From: Catajapyx aquilonaris
Taxonomy: Eukaryota
DNA length: 64,000 nt
Reading direction: 5' to 3'
NCBI GenBank assembly: GCA_000934665.2
Contig: JYFJ02001994.1
Span: forward strand, 1 to 64,000
Shown here: in pieces, positions 12,696 through 28,306 of the stretch
Layout: every line of letters begins with the position of its first letter
Numbering within the stretch: the first letter of the stretch is position 1
Program-made: the position numbers and the translations under genes
The notes under the pieces: model-generated
The model's input: the letters and a program-made list of their open reading frames with translations, nothing else
Database searches by the model: none
Told to the model about the DNA's origin: nothing

Positions 12696-14081
12696 AAGTG
12701 AGAGGCAGGAGTGAAATCCATCAGAAATCGAGAATATTTCGAGGCACTACCTGCGCCTATCAGTGACTATTTTAAATCTGGTATAGTGAGAGCGATTGTA
12801 TACAGAAAAGTGGCTCATCACCACTCATATCCGAAAACCCGGCTGTCGAGGGACGAAGAATCAGAAAGAAACAATATCAAGTAGCCTAAAGGGTGGAACG
12901 ACGGAAATAATGTGTGGGAAGTAACACTGTCCGAATATATTGTATACACATACATACCGATATTATTCTTCAAAATACATAGCTACTCCTTGTGCATCAC
13001 AGACGCCACTTGATAATTTCCTCTTACTGACTGGGAATGTTTCCACTTGCTCTCCCATAAAACACCACACATTGGCTTCGACACTCTTTTATTCCGAATT
13101 AAGTAGCTATAAAACAGTCAAACGAACAGCGTGGATAAGTTAAAATAATAAAATATAACAATAATCTAACCTATCACCAGATACGGTCATGTCCTATGGC
13201 TCAAGGGCCCATCCTGAGGCAGAGTGTCAACGATATAAATAAGATGAATATGCGCTCAGTCGTTGAGAGCTTCAGCCTTTTTGGAAAGAGCAGAGTCTGC
13301 AACAGGGATTCCCAACCCAAATCCTAGGCAGCAACAGCAAAGTACACCCCTATAAAGTAGGCTATAATATTTTGACGGGCGGGCCTCAGTATAACCACAC
13401 TTGTCCGACATTACGCCGCCTAATAATTTAACTCTGGCGCCGGTTGCGTCACGATGTCTCCGCGACCAGCGCTATGGGAACCAAAAGAAAGAAATGATGT
13501 GACAGAAATTGTCCCAAAGAGAATTAACACAAGTTACGGTGTCCATGAAAGAGTCTCAGCTCCAAGAAAACAGAAGGAAGACCATTAAAACCCAGAAATT
13601 TGGGCAAGAAACCCACTCCACTCAAACGCCAAACCAAACACTCAATTTCACCTTCCCACCCTTTTGTATGGTCAGAAGGAGCTTGCCTCAGCCAGTCTTC
13701 AGTCCGATCAGAGAGCGGGGCAGATAAGGCAAGTTCACACAACTTGTAGAATTTTACGAATAGTGGTGTAGTGGTAGATTATTATTATTATTATTATTAT
13801 TCAGTTTTTAGATATATATCCTTGGATACTGTGACATTTGACGATCAAGATTGATATTTTAATGTAGCAAAAAATCCAACACTTTCACAGTGCTTTGTTG
13901 GGGATTGTGAGGGTTGGAGCTACCTCCAAGAGTTACCGGTTAATTTTGTACAGCCGTTCAAAGTTTAACAGAGTGCATAAGTGAAAATTGCGTATTACAA
14001 GCTTCTTCGTTGGGCTACGGTGGTCGTCCTAGTGTCATTTCCTAGGTTTTCGGGGTAGAGGAACACAATTCTGACACTTAC

Positions 14082-14192
14082 GCGTGTGCTGCAATCACTC
14101 CAGATACCTTGACAGCTGTGCAACGATCATTGATGGAGCACACAGAGAAATGTAGTGCTGCAAATGGACATCACTTTGAACACATGCTTTAG
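14082..14192 (+). mobile_element. Tc1/mariner-superfamily transposase C-terminus
   Basis: ACAAITPDTLTAVQRSLMEHTEKCSAANGHHFEHML* carries the C-terminal I..D.L..V.......C...NG.HFEH.L* signature. Confidence 0.85.
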
Positions 14193-17100
14193 AATCCGTT
14201 TAGAATCCACTGCACCCACTTGCAGAGATGTGTTTGCATGTTGCAATGCTGCTCTGGCTGTGATGAACTTCCCCAGCTTTCCGGTTGTGACACATGCAAT
14301 GAGGCTGCTCCTCTTGCTGGTGATAAAGTTGTTGCAGCTGCTGAAGCTCCATACTCCTAATAGGAACAGATGAGTCCATCAATGGAAGACATCATTATAA
14401 TTACAGCACAGCGCCGTGATACTGACTGAGGAGTAATGTTTCAGGTTGACATCGTAGGCGCACCTGTACGAAGTGGAAGGAGTCCACCGACAGGAGGCCA
14501 CTGTCCTCCTCATGGGCTTGGGCACTGGAGCGGGTCGGGCTTTCACCAGCGACTACTACAGGTCCTCGAAGAAAAGTGGCTGGGCTTGGGGCGCTTATAG
14601 ATCATCGTCCAGGGACGTCGTCGACGTCGGGACGTAACAAAGTGAAGGTACGCATATTCTTATTACAAAAGATGGTTTACTCCTTTTAAATACTCAGAAA
14701 CCACTAAACACAGCTCCCATTTCATAATCAAGCGAACAATCAACATGTTAACCCTGCAGTGGTGATTATGCCTCATTTTAGGCCATACAACATTAGGAGT
14801 AATTTGAAAATGTTAAATCAACACATGTTAACTTGGACAAAATAGCAAACCTGCACATTCGTTGTGTCCAAGTTTACCCTTGAAACGGATAAAAATTTGG
14901 TTCTACTACAGTAATAGCATCACCACTGTTCCCATATACTTAGGCCAAAAAATTAACTTCCTCCAATCAAGTCTGGAACAAATGAAAATTTTTATGTCAT
15001 TACTAATTACTTATTGAAAAAAAAACGTCTTCAAGAGCTAGGGAAATGTTTCAACTAGGCACGCGTAAAACCTTCATCGATACATATTGTGGCAGTGCAG
15101 TACGACTCAGTGTTTCTGGATCAAAATGCATTAGAAACAGAGGAAGATGAATTTATTATTCCACCACCCGACGTAACATGTCAGTTCATCGTGACACATA
15201 ATTACTTCAACACCGGGTTTGTCCCTGGTGCGGTTTCGCATGGGATTGTCCATTAGTGAGCTCTCCACCCTGTTCAGAATCCTCCAGACCACTGCTGTCT
15301 CCCACACATTTCATATTCATATTTTCACATGGAATTTTCCCAGAGGAGAAAATAAACTAAACTAAAACTATTCATATTTTCATTACATTACGAGTAATTA
15401 CTTATTTAAAAACGTCTTCCAGGTCTAGGAATATGTTTCAACTAGGCACACAATCCTTCAGCAATACACATCGTGCAGTACGACCGACAGTGATCCTGGA
15501 TTCAAAACAACAAAAACAACACAGAGGAACGGACAGAAATAAAGCAAGCGTGAAAAATACCCCCAGTCGACGTCATTATGTCAGTTCATCACGACACTGA
15601 ATTTGACGGGAAATTACAATGGATTGTGACGAAACAAGTCACATAAGAGTATTGTACAAAAAAGGAGGTAACAATATTCGGTGCCATTGACACGTCCAAA
15701 GAACTAAAAGTGACTAGAAACAATCTGAACAATCTCCCAATAATGCAGCCAAATGTGGTGTCCAAAACACCCTGAAAAAACGGGTCAAATACTGACACCC
15801 CTACACACGTTCTGGTTTTCATGTAAAAATAACAAAGAAATCGTAGCGCTTAGGAAGAAGGCAAGTCAAGATGAATTTGGAACAGAACCTGAGCGTCGAG
15901 TTGATGTGGTAAACAACAAGGAACATCCCGCGGTCCGCTCATCCAAGAGGAAGTGCCCGGACAGAACCAGAAGTGTGACAAGAACCATGATGAAACCTCG
16001 TTTGAACATTCTCTTCCTACCAAATTTTAGATGTTCTGAAGATGTTAGCAAGATTATTGAGGTCAACATGACATCGCAGACTTTTCAGTCACGCTATGCA
16101 ATATTATAGGCTATTGTTCTCCTTCGGCTATTTGAAGGTCAAATAAGTATTATCAATAGTCACATCACATTCTGAAAGATCTGGGACCATTGTCACTCTT
16201 TGTCCTTGTAAGCTAACTTCAAAATCTCGATAAGAACGTGGCTTATTGGGACGTAAATATATTTAGCACAGTTTTTCAGGGAAACCATGGAGCAGGTGAT
16301 CATAAATAACCAGGGGCTGAAGAACAAATATTATATCAGCAGCAGCTACAAAACCGCATCTACCCCCTCCCGCGACCCCGCGACAAAAAAAAAGTCACGA
16401 CCAAGACATGCCAAGCCCTTCCATGGCCACCAGGAAACTAAAACGTGTACAGTACGTCGCCTTCTCGGACACGTGAAATATGTTATTGTCACACTTATTC
16501 TAGTTTGTCCGGGGTGCTAATAGCACCCTTCACTATGTTCCTGGCTGCGACTCGGATACGGGATTCCCACCATCTAATGTCGGAGCAGTGATAAAAATCA
16601 GCCGGCGACATCATCTCCTGCAAAACAACATCTTCATATTGGCTATGATTAAATACTTAACTTGTCAAACATCATGATGTACCACCATCTGCTGCATAAA
16701 GCATGATCATTTTTGTAAATATTGGCAATGGCGTATACATTCGTACTGCAGTAACTAATAGCAAACTCGTAGTGATTATATCATCCTGACCAAACGACAA
16801 ACTTCACTCCAATGGCATGTTCTGGAAATAGTGACTCACGTCTTCCCACCATCAATCCCAGATCAGTCATGCCAACAATCCTGCGGATCACAGAAATTAT
16901 TTCAACAATCGCATTGTCCTCAGGAGTATAACCAAGGCCCATAATGCGACAATTTCCGAATACCTACGATGTATTGTAACTGATATGCGGTCACTGCAGC
17001 AGACAAGAGTGGCTTTCAACAAACACTAAAGTTGCGTGCAGCCAAGTCATGTACTACGATGAATATGAGCATACAATAAAACGGATAATGGAAGAGGAAA

Positions 17101-20100
17101 GAGCTCAGGTATCAACAACCCGACGCGACGGGAAGTTCCCAAAATCGTCAGAATAGGACAGAACGGAGCATAACATGGGGCTCCTTCATTTCCTTATGCT
17201 TCCTAAATGTATCTTTATTTTTGGTTCACTTTTCTTCTAGTACAGATTCATGGCTGAAACATCGTCCTGCCATTGGAAGTGTGAGAATATTCACATTTGC
17301 ATACTGATAAATATATTTTTAATATATTTAAAACGTAGTGGGATAAGGGTATGTTTAAGCTAAAAACGGACAGTCATGTTAAATAAAATATTGGATCCCA
17401 CGAGTTACTAAATAGCTATTTCCATGAAAACAAAATCATAGCAGGTATTACAGATGACACCATCCAACATCTTTATGGGCTTTAAAAAGGCCTTGGTACA
17501 GGAAAAGGAGCATAACTCAAAAATGGGAATCGGCAAGATCCCCCATGCATTTGGCCTCGATTAGTCGGATCAGAAGACACGCGCTTGACGCTGCAGAAAT
17601 TGGGAGATCAAATTTCGACCTCGTTAATTATTTTATTCGGCAACGATATCATAATTAATCGTCTCGACTTTGCGTAAATTCAGCTTAGAGTTGCTGCGCC
17701 ACCAGACTAGTGGTACCGGTACCATTTTAGTAACCAAAGAGTATTGCTTCGATGTCGTCAAGTGAATGTTGCACAAAAAATGGTCATTCCACAGGAGTAG
17801 GCATATTTTCAAACCTTTTTCGTGTCTTCCCAACAATACACATTTTTATAATTAGTGGATGCATTGTCGCTGCAATATGAGCAAGTCATCAACAACGAAT
17901 TGGAAATAATTTTCTTCTATGAAGTCCTTCTGTGTCCTTCTCTTCCAACTTTTCTGCATACAATGACTACCCTCCAATGGCAGTGTGCTATGCCTTTCTC
18001 ACATTCACTCTTCCTCGCAGATAATAATTTGCGGTTTGCTTGTCCCCCACAATCGAGGACGCCTTATATTTCATTTCAAAAAGTATAAATTTTTCCCCCA
18101 TCAAGTGATGGATGTAGCCTACAGGGCGACTGATTGTAGCACACAAAATAAGAACATTCGCCTTTTTTCATGCGAGAAAAGTAAACGATCTCCAGTACTA
18201 GAGATGAATCAAGTAGAATATCTGAGATTATGTACACAATCCTTAACTCAGGTGGTTTTGGGGGAGAAAGCCAATGAACCCTTTGGACCAAGAGTTAATT
18301 TCTCAATTCGCCCCGTTTTTCACAACAGTGTTCAAGCATGTTGTATTTAAATGGCTGACAATGTTATATTGTGCTCCAACCAACTTTATATTAGATACGT
18401 ATATAAGGGGGCTTACCCGGCATAGCCATCTACACTTCTACAGCCCCCGGCTCCATCAACAACTAATCACCGAATAGTGACAACATCATAAACAAACAAG
18501 ACGAGCCAAACAAACCTGGACAAAACCGAAAAACCGAAAACCAACTGCTCCAACCAACTGTAAGAACAAGTTGATGGTAAAGAGAAAATTATTAAGCTCC
18601 ATAAACCATGATGGTCTATGACTGAAGAATCTGCGATATGGGGAAAAAACTGCTGAATGAGAACAAACACAGCAACAATGGGGGTTGGCAGACGTGTCAG
18701 ACAACACGTCTTTTGGCTGTTGGTCCTGGACGGGCATGGCCGGTGCTAATAAATCCATAACACCATCGTCAGAACAGTACGTCATATGACAAGTAATGTG
18801 GTGAAGCATCATGATCCACACGCAAATCGATATTTTTTAAAACATTTGATTCATTATTACTGTAGCAAACAAATACAAGGCCATGCAGCCTGTGGAATCA
18901 CCATGCTACAAAGGTGAAGGAGGCCACCTGCCTTATGGTGATGCAGCTTTCAGGAAGAGGAGAAGGATTCATGCATGAACAGATAACGACAGAACACCTG
19001 CCCGACACATCCTATGACTAAAAATGGGTGTTTTTAGTGACTTGTCCAGCGAGATCTGTCAATACGAAAAACCGTAAATTTCATGAAACATGTGCCACAT
19101 CTGTCCTCTACAGTCGGAGTGGTTCTTCGTACAGGGGTGTACATGGACCAAGGGAAAACTCGTCGTACCGGAACAGTACGGAGTCGGTGCGTTGACTCGC
19201 AGTGTAGTCGAACTAACACTAGTGCTCCAAAACGCACATAGCCGCAGGGGAAACGTGTGTACTGGGTACACAAGACATGTTTTCAACGGTTTTCGTACCA
19301 TCTCTAGTGTGGTTGGTGTATGGATAAGGATGTGCCTGATGGTCCACTCAACTACAATGATTGGCATAGCCAAGCGAATGAGCCGGCAGCACTGGTTAAA
19401 CCACAACCAGAATGATGATGGGGATGGTAAACAAAACCAAACCTGTCACAAATCCATCAGGAATCGCCTAGTTTTCTGAGCAGTGACTATTATTAGTTTG
19501 GTTTGGTGAGCGATTGTATACAGAAAATTGGTTGATAACTAGTCATGGCTGAAACTGAGGATGTTTAGCGACACCAAATCTACGAAGAGAGTATGTAATT
19601 AAGAGAACGACGCAAATGTCTGGGAGGTAAGGAAAACACTGTCAGAATAGAGGCCTACTGTATACACATACCCATAATAATGTTCTCCGATATACGTGTA
19701 TAGTTATAGTGTATGTGTATCATAGATGCCACTTGATAATTATTATATTCCTCTTATACTTACTGGGAAAGTTAACTAGAGGATTCAATGTGCCACAACA
19801 GCAATAGTATTTTGTCGTCCTTATGTTTATTGACATGTAGTTAAAACAATAAGAAATCTTCACTTCTCTGCACCCAACGTCCAAAGTGACTTCACATCCA
19901 AGCAGGAAGCGGAGTGGAAAACAAACGTAGGATCTTCTCAGGTATGACTCTGTAAAGGTGGCGGAGGGACTAAACCGACAAGGCCGAAGAATAAGTTAAG
20001 GGACTGGCTAACGCCCCCCCCCCCCCCNCCCCCCCCCCAAAAAAAAACAACCATTTCTTATTCTCATGGTCGTTGGAGCCAGACACCTCGCTCAGACGAG

Positions 20101-23100
20101 TAAATCCAGAAGAATGTGACATGAGACCATAAATGATGACAAGTGTGAGACTATATCAAAAACGTTGAGAGTTGACCATTACATATTTATGTCAATTACT
20201 CTTGAAGCTATAATGTCACACAATACACAGGAATTTGGGCTCCCATATTTAAACAGGTCATGATTCATTCGACTGATGAGACAGAGGAGACACAACATGG
20301 ATCACCCAAAATGTAAAGAGTGCAAGTTACCCGCCAGCATGTTCCCTCCATGGGAAATAATACGAGACCAATTCTTCTTGCGACTACATTGTCCATAAGC
20401 AGTGGCAGAAGCAGGGAAGGCACTTGACGACTTACATTTCTATTCCACTATGTCAGAATAAAAAGTTTAACACGTTTCATCCTGTATGTTGAATTGCTAT
20501 AATCACAATAACTACAGAGGGACTTTTTTAAAATGAATGATAAGATTAGTCTCGGTATTAGTTTTTTTTAAATGTGTTATTATGTAGCTCATATCACTGC
20601 GCTTTTTCCACGTATAATTAGAAGAGTCTCTTAGATTTCTACTTATTGGAAGCCTTCAACTTCAATCAAGGATTGAATATACGGCTTTTACGAGTCATTG
20701 CATTGAATAGACTATAAGATGATTTTCAACTGGAAACGTAATTCGTGTATGTATAATTTATGATGTATAGATATAGTTTATAGTTTCTTTCACGTAATCC
20801 TTGGTTTTGTGATACAGTGGATGAGGGAAAGTGTCTGAGGAAGCTGAAAAGTTGCAAACCACGATAGAAAAATATAATCCTTGAAGATTGAGGTGAAGAA
20901 CCATCGTCTTTCTGAAGCAACAACCATTGCTGAAGAGGATTAGATCACGACTGATTAATTTCTCACTGTGACTTGTATATGCAGTGCTTGAATAGCTTCT
21001 CAAGAATGTTGGAAAAATGGCTTGGCACCAGTATCCAATGATTCTAAGCACTTCCTGTGTGACGACCGGGAGACATCCGCGACACCCTGAATACATGGCG
21101 CTGATCGACTAATTTGTCTCCCCGACAACGTTACTTGAAGTCACTATTGAAGTATTTATTTGTAAATGCAGTGAAAAAACTACAGTGATGCAATCCTCAA
21201 TTTAAGGAAGCTCTTATCAATTGTTGGACTAAGTTATTCGGAAAGTCATGAAAAGGAGGACGCCTCCAACATACGGAGAATAAATAAGTAGAACATGACA
21301 AGTGCATCAATGTGCCATTGCCAAACCCAGCCGAACGGAGATTCAACGATACAAATGTGGAACCTCCAACCATCATGCTTATGGTCGCGTATACAATTCT
21401 GGTCATGGCTCGATGCATTCCGACATATTCTGGTCGCCGTGTGTCACACGGAATCAGGGGGCAAATGGTCATTGGTGTTGTCCATCACGCGTTGCTACTT
21501 TCGCAATTCACCCTTGGAGTCAATGTGAAATATCAGCAAGACTATGGATAATACCTGGGGACATATCCCCAAATACAGCAACGATGACGGCAGCACACAT
21601 TACCTGAATTCACTTTGTACGTAGATACGGATTTTCATACTTTCATAAGACATACAAAGACACTATCCTGATGGGGCTGACTAGTACCATGTGCCATTGT
21701 AACTCTCATAACAGATTCCAACATCGGAGTGCGTCGGTTTTAAAATACTGACACTTTATTTATGAAGTGTCTGAGAAACAGCGGACAATGAATTGCAACC
21801 AGATCCAACACGACATGTTATGAACAGAAATATAATAACCCAGTATAATAACCCAATTGGCCCAAGCTATAACCGAGTGAAGCTCGAGTCAAAGCCTGCA
21901 ATGCACGGGCAGCGTCCTGAAATAGCCCAAAGTTGTATGGCTCTTACAACGGAGACACCGTCAGTCACTTCATCAACCCTGAGACTTCCAGGGGAATTAT
22001 GATTCTTTCACACCTGCCAAAACCAAAAAAATCCGACCGATGATATAGGCACATGATCAGCCCAGTAATTATGTGCAAGCACAACAACGACAATGTACCA
22101 AATGGTGCGGCATTATTTCGTACTTAAGTGCCCATCAAGGAGGATACAATGACTCCCATCGACTTCCAACACAAAAGAAAATCACGTCATTCAAATTCGA
22201 GTGTGTAGCAAGAGATGTCTCCTCTCGCACCATTAAACTAAAGGAATTACAGCGTCGTCACCTTGAGTGAAGAAACTTGTCTCAAGGAGACATCACAGGA
22301 CTCTGTGGACAGGCTCAAATACACGGATTTTCGATCCCTCCCCATCACAATCATTTTCATTACTCTTCGCAGGAGACAGACACACCTCCCGACAACCATA
22401 GTAAGACCAGGAAGCCAATAAAACGACAAAAAACGACAATGGTGCATAGATTAATCAGCACTAAGTAGTACAGTGTTTGTGGGAAACCAATTTGGTGGGC
22501 ACAAAACTATTACGCGACATTGTATGGACCACCTGGGACAAAAATATCGAAGATAAAACTTAACCGTAGGTAAAATGAAGGCAAAGATTTTCACAGGTTG
22601 CGGGGTTTATTGTTGGTACACACACACCAGTCACATCACTACCATCGTGCGACTTCATCAACCGGAGTTCATTCTAACCTTCCCCGCAACATGGGTCACC
22701 CAAAATGTAAAGTGTGTGTGTGTAACCAGCCAGCATGTTCCCTCCGTGGGAAATACTAATACGAGATTAATTCTTGCGACTACACTGTCTAGAAGAAGTG
22801 TTCGCCACCAAGAAAGGCACATGAGGACTTACATTTCTATTCCACTGTGTCATAATCAAAAGTTCAACAAGCAATTGCTATAATCACAGAGGGACTTTTA
22901 GTAGTAAGTTGTTGAATGTGTTATTCCGCAGCAAATTTCTCTGCCATTTTTCCATGCATAATATTAGAAAATAGTCTTAGATTTCTACTTACTGGTCCTG
23001 TACTGGACGCCTCCAATCAAGGCTTGAATTTACGACTTTTATGATTTATTCCATTGAATACAGTAAGTACGTAATGAGATTTTCTACTGGAAACTTAATT

Positions 23101-26041
23101 CATTTATGTATAATATTTATATTAATTTGTGATGTATTGATATACTGTAGTTCACCACCTCAGATATTTATGAGTTACTGTGCATGTATTATTTATGGAC
23201 GTTAGATTCTGATATTTATGTAGAATTGTATATAATTACTTACAAATTCTACTTCGACTGAATATTGCGTATGCACTTATGGAGACACATCCAAACTACG
23301 TGAAGAACAATCAATTCGAGTTATGTTAAGAGCGGGTGTAGCCGTCTTGTACGTTAGACTGCCTCCAACGCTAGCACCAGGCGCACTTTCTAATGATACG
23401 ACCAATAGTGCGTCGATTTTAAAATATTTACATTTTATTTATCAATAGTGTCTGAGAAGCTGAGGACATCGAATTGCAACCAGCTCCAACACCACACGGA
23501 GTCAGTGGATGAACCTTGAGATTTCCAAAAATTATGATTCTTTCACACTTGCCAAAAACCAAAATCCGACGGATCCCAGCAGGCACATGATCAGCGCAGT
23601 AATTATGTGCACCGAATCCGACGGAAGCACAAAGAGCAACTAAAATGATGCGGGATTATTTCGCACGTATTGTGGCTAAGGATTCAATGCCTCCCATAGA
23701 CATCAACTCAAAAGAGATTTTATGGAAAATCAGGTCATTGCATTAGGTTATAGCAACATGCGCCTCCTCTCGCACCATTAGGCATGAAATTTCTAAAATA
23801 ATTACAGCGTGGTCATGTCACCATGATGAGTTCAGAAACTTGTCTCAAGGTGACATCACGGGACTCCATGCGTGATGATAATTTTGGGGAAAATATTATG
23901 CTCCTGGTTGTGTACAAACGCACCTGGACGTGGTTATCCCTTAAGCACAGGGTGCTCAATACAATGAAAATGTGGAACCTTCTCCTGCGCCTATAAATAC
24001 TGTATGAGTCAAAATGAATGGTGCATCGCGACCTGTGGACCCGCTTTATTTCGAGTTCGTAACCAATAACAACACTACTTTGTCACAATCGTGTTAGAAA
24101 AGAAGGTTTTTCATATTCAGATTCACTAGATATGCACATGACTGATGTCATATGAAAGAAACGTCTTTTAACAATAGCGACACGCTTCTCATGCCCATGT
24201 GGAAAATAAAAATTGCCTTCCAGCAAGGGTAGAAATAGATCATTCACCACAATTGCTATGAAATTCTCTTTGTAACATGTTCCCGAGTTCCATATCTGAC
24301 ATTGAAACGGATGGGAAAATGACGCATAAGTAAGGAAGAAAAATCAGGATATTCAATCCCCTTTTTTCATGTGTACTATCTGTTAAATACTTGTTAGTTG
24401 TTACACCCATGAAATAAATTAGCAACAGTCCCAGAATTCACAGAGAGCTTGCAAATATTGTAAACATAAAGGTGAAAGTTTCATAAAATGCGACTGGGAG
24501 AATATTTCCTCGGGATTGCCCTTCCAATGAAAGAACAGAACTGTGACAACCGCACAGCCGAAAGAAGAGCGGATACGACGAGGAGTCACATGTAGTGTAC
24601 TACAGTACATCGATTCATCCCAATGTTTTTTCTCGTGAGTAATGCAATGATGCAAATAATGGATACGCTTATGTGGACAGCAAATTGATATGTTCCAATA
24701 TGACAGCTTTATGCATTGTTGCGCCATGCAAAAGTCAATTTGTGTGGCGAATTCATGCTGACAATTTGCAGCTCAATTGCATGTTACATTTCAACCATAT
24801 CGAGATAAATTACGAACATAGAGTTAGTGCATGTCATCCTCGCTCATCACGACGCTGAAAACAAAACGAGGTCATTGACCACCTTGAAACCGAACAAAAC
24901 TTGCACCTGTTGTGACGTTTCAATCGTCACTTTAGGGTGTAAAGACCCCCCCAAATCTCGTGCAGACAACACTAAAATAGGCCGAAGGATGTCGATGCAA
25001 TGGAAAGTTAATATGTGTAAGTAAGACTCCTCACTGTGAGCAATAATGGGGGTTACTCCCATTTTGTCGTCACACTTGTATCGCCATTTCCAATTTTTGT
25101 ATCGAAAATAAAAACCACATGAAATTCTTCGCGTCCTGGGTGATAGCAAGGCACATTAAGAGGATGGTGGACATATTTAAGTTGCACATACAGCATTTGA
25201 TCGACTCGATAACTGATCACCTGTTGCAGACAGAATTATAATCACAAAGGAGGCGATAATAAGGCCACGGGGAAAGCAAAAATTACTTAAAAGAGTTATG
25301 AAAATTCCAATCATTACTATTAATGTGCTACCTTTCTGTAATAGTCACGACTGGTCAAACATTTCAGAATTTCTATTCCTTTGCAGCCAAGAACTTGGAA
25401 TATTTGGAGTAGTTTGCTAGACGATCGCATAGCAAGTTGAAACAATAGCTAGAAGCCACACTAAACAAAGCACTTTTGAAACTTGAGTCCAACTGGTCAG
25501 AGAAAATTGCTGTTCTTTCGTCGGCTGTAGATGACTCGAAAAGAACCAACGAAGAGACAGACACACCATGCAGACACATCTATCTCCGGACAAATATAGG
25601 AAGGCCAAGGTGCTCAAAAAAATGAAAGTGGCTGCATAAATTAATCAGTGAATGTGCGAAACCAATTTTGTGGGCACATATCTCTGATGACCCCATGTCG
25701 GGCAATAACAGCACATTACGCGACGTGGGTCATCTATGACAATAATATCCAAGATAACTTCATCGTAAGTAAAATGAAAGCAGAGATTTTCACAGGTTGC
25801 GAGACTTATTGTTGGTCTACACATACCTGCCACATCTTTAATTATAAGACCATCGTGTGCGACTTCATCAATCGGGAGTTGCGGCCGTGAAATTGTCCTT
25901 CTCTCGAAACTTTTCTGCATTCCAATGACTACCCTCCAAGGCCTTTCTCACACGTCATTCTTCCCTCAAAGAATTTCAGGTTTCTGTGGGTTGCCTGTTC
26001 CCCATAATCGAGGACGCCTTATAGTTCATTTTTTTAAAGTA

Positions 26042-27140
26042 GGGGAAGATTGGACAACATGAAACGGAGGGCAAAGCGAAACACAGGCACATAATGATGC
26101 ACATAAATCACCTGATGGCAGCACTTTTTTGAAACTACAGCGACTCAGGCAGCCATTATGCATTTGAGCGGTCGCGGATGTAAATGCGGCCCTTCACTGA
26201 ATCAGCTCCTGAAGTTGACGTAAATCATTGTCAAAGCTATCAATTACTTCTGAGGTATCGAAGATCACTCTTCACAGCACGGTAGTTCTTAAAGTTTGAT
26301 TTGATGAGCACAGTTAAAGTGCCAGTAATGTTAATCGAGACCACGGGGCAAAGTGAAACGCGTTCCACTTTGCCCTAATTTTTCAAGTCCTCAAGTATAG
26401 GCAATACGTATACCAATGGTGTGCATAAACTGTAATGGAACACTATTCATAGAGTAATATGGAAATCGTAAGCCATGGTCCGAAAATATCAACGCAAAAC
26501 GGACCAGGGGAAATGGAATAGCCAGTCCACGGCAGTCCATGTCACTTGCTATGAAAGCAGTTACAGACAAGGCTTTAAGCTATAGGGGAGCGGCTTGAAA
26601 CTTTTTGCGTCCATATGTTGCCACGGGTCAGCTATGTAAATACCCAATGACATTAAAATGTTACACCCCTCAAAAATGGCCTTAGCCGCCTTAGATCTAA
26701 GACCTCTCAGATGTTTCATTCATAAATTATGTGTCAAATAAAGTTTAATAGTGGCAGATAATTGGAAAAAAGTCCTTAATATTACTATACATTCCCGTAG
26801 GACCTGGATCATGAGTGCAGTGGTAGCATACAAGCCTCCATGACTGATTGTTCTCGTTAAAGCAAAGCCGTTCCGCTTTGCCCCACTACGTGTTCCACTT
26901 TACCCCGCAGGTGGGGCAAAGTGAAACGGCTTGGGGGGGGNNNGGGGGGGGGGGGGGGTGTTCAAAAGTAAGATTCAAACTCACACGGTAATTGACTTTT
27001 GCAATTCATCACTTCAGGTATTACAACTACTTATTATAGATATAAACGAATATGTGGTGATTGAAGGGGATGTTACAAGAACAGAGGTATTAACACACAC
27101 TAAACGATGAGAGTAACCAGACCACAGTGAAGTTTAAAAA
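26042..27140. mobile_element. Truncated pogo/Tigger-like non-autonomous DNA element
   Basis: Starts TA|GGGGAAGA where a repeated host module (compare 18056-18090) breaks off. The motif GGGCAAAGTGAAAC recurs in both orientations at ~26068, 26345-26375, 26868-26908 and 26913. The right TIR was not found. Contains a poly-G run with Ns. Confidence 0.5.
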
Positions 27141-27359
27141 GTAGTATAGAGGTGGTGAAGTCCGCCCCCAGGTTAGGGGGGTGCATAAGCGTTGTGATCT
27201 AAAGAAAGAAAATGTAGGACATCATCACCGACGACATGAAGCCGGAGGACATCATCACCGACGACGGGATCATGGAAGACGTCATCTCTGGTGACCTCAA
27301 CCCGGAGGACTTGTTGATGTTATCACCAGAAGATCATCTCTAAAAAAAAGTGGCAGTCC

Positions 27360-27812
27360 TGTGGGACTACCCTTTCTTTAAGGAAAAGTGCTACGTAATG
27401 TATGTAATGCATGGAGCATTGTTGTTATAATTATGTTGTTTGAGATTGTAATGTATGTAATGCATGGAGCATTGTTGTTATAATTATGTTGATTGTGTTT
27501 GTTTGTATCCATGCATTATCTGTATCGTTAAGGTTACCTTGTTGTGACACAAACTTATGTTGCGGCAACGTACCCAAAACCGAGGTGTTAAATAAAAGTA
27601 CTTTGGGTCTGGACAGGCAGTCGGTCGGCAGCCAGCGGTGCGAGAGGTTCAGCCCTCTGGAGCTGGTCAAGACCCTACTCTCTGCCCGGTCAAAGTTGAA
27701 TGAGTAAAGTCGTTGTTATCATTTATTAGATACGGTACGGGTCGGTACTGCTGGGTAATTGGTTGGTCCGCAGGGATCTGTACCACCAACCATTTGCCAA
27801 GTGGTAGCCACA
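27360..27812 (+). mobile_element. LTR (probably a 3' LTR) of an LTR retrotransposon, with upstream polypurine tract
   Basis: Inverted termini TGTGGGACTACC...GGTAGCCACA. Purine-rich tract AAAAAAAAGTGGCAG immediately 5'. AATAAA at ~27591 and an internal ~43-bp direct duplication. A short acidic frame with a 30-bp repeat (DIITDDMKPEDIITDD...) ends just upstream. Confidence 0.65.
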
Positions 27813-28027
27813 TAAAGACCTGCTATTCTGTTACACGATCAGGTCCGCAGGGATCTGTACCACCTGGTCGTGTACAGCATTAGTGGGTCGACCGTACCAA
27901 TAGATGAAGTGCTTCCCTCTCACCAGCCATACCAGGTTGGCGGAAGCCCGGATCAGGTCCGGTGCAGTGTGATACTGGCCGTAATCTCCCGTGAGTCGCA
28001 CACCGATAATCGACCTTCATCCTGGCG

Positions 28028-28306
28028 TCACAGGAGGAAGGGGCGGATGGCCGAAGCGAGGCGTCTCCTGATCCTACTGTCATGTGCCTTCTGTCCCCAG
28101 ATGTCAGCTCCGAAGAGGAGCATCGGGAGAATGCAGGAGGAGAGAATGCAATGCCTGCTGCGAGGGGACAAGCCCCACCTGTATTCTGCTACCCTCCACA
28201 GGCCGACCGACACCTTCCTTACCTTCTGAGTTGCTAAGGTCACGTGCGGGATCCAAGTTAACCGAGCGTCCAAATGCAGACCCAAAACTCTCAAGGTCTC
28301 CCCCAT
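28028..28306 (-). mobile_element. Non-LTR retrotransposon (R1/LOA/I-group-like) RT C-terminal/thumb fragment
   Basis: ETLRVLGLHLDARLTWIPHV...WGLSPRSRHCILSSCILPMLLFGADIWG matches the LG..LD..L.W..H ... WGL ... P.L.YG..IW motifs. Confidence 0.9.

Noticed and set aside
20014..20038. Poly-C run with N (and poly-G with NNN at 26933-26958) as G-quadruplex elements
   Set aside because: These are homopolymers containing ambiguous bases, so length and sequence are unreliable.
21400..21528. Possible Gypsy integrase C-terminal helix (GKWSLVLSITRCYFRNSPLES)
   Set aside because: The similarity is too weak and short to call by eye.
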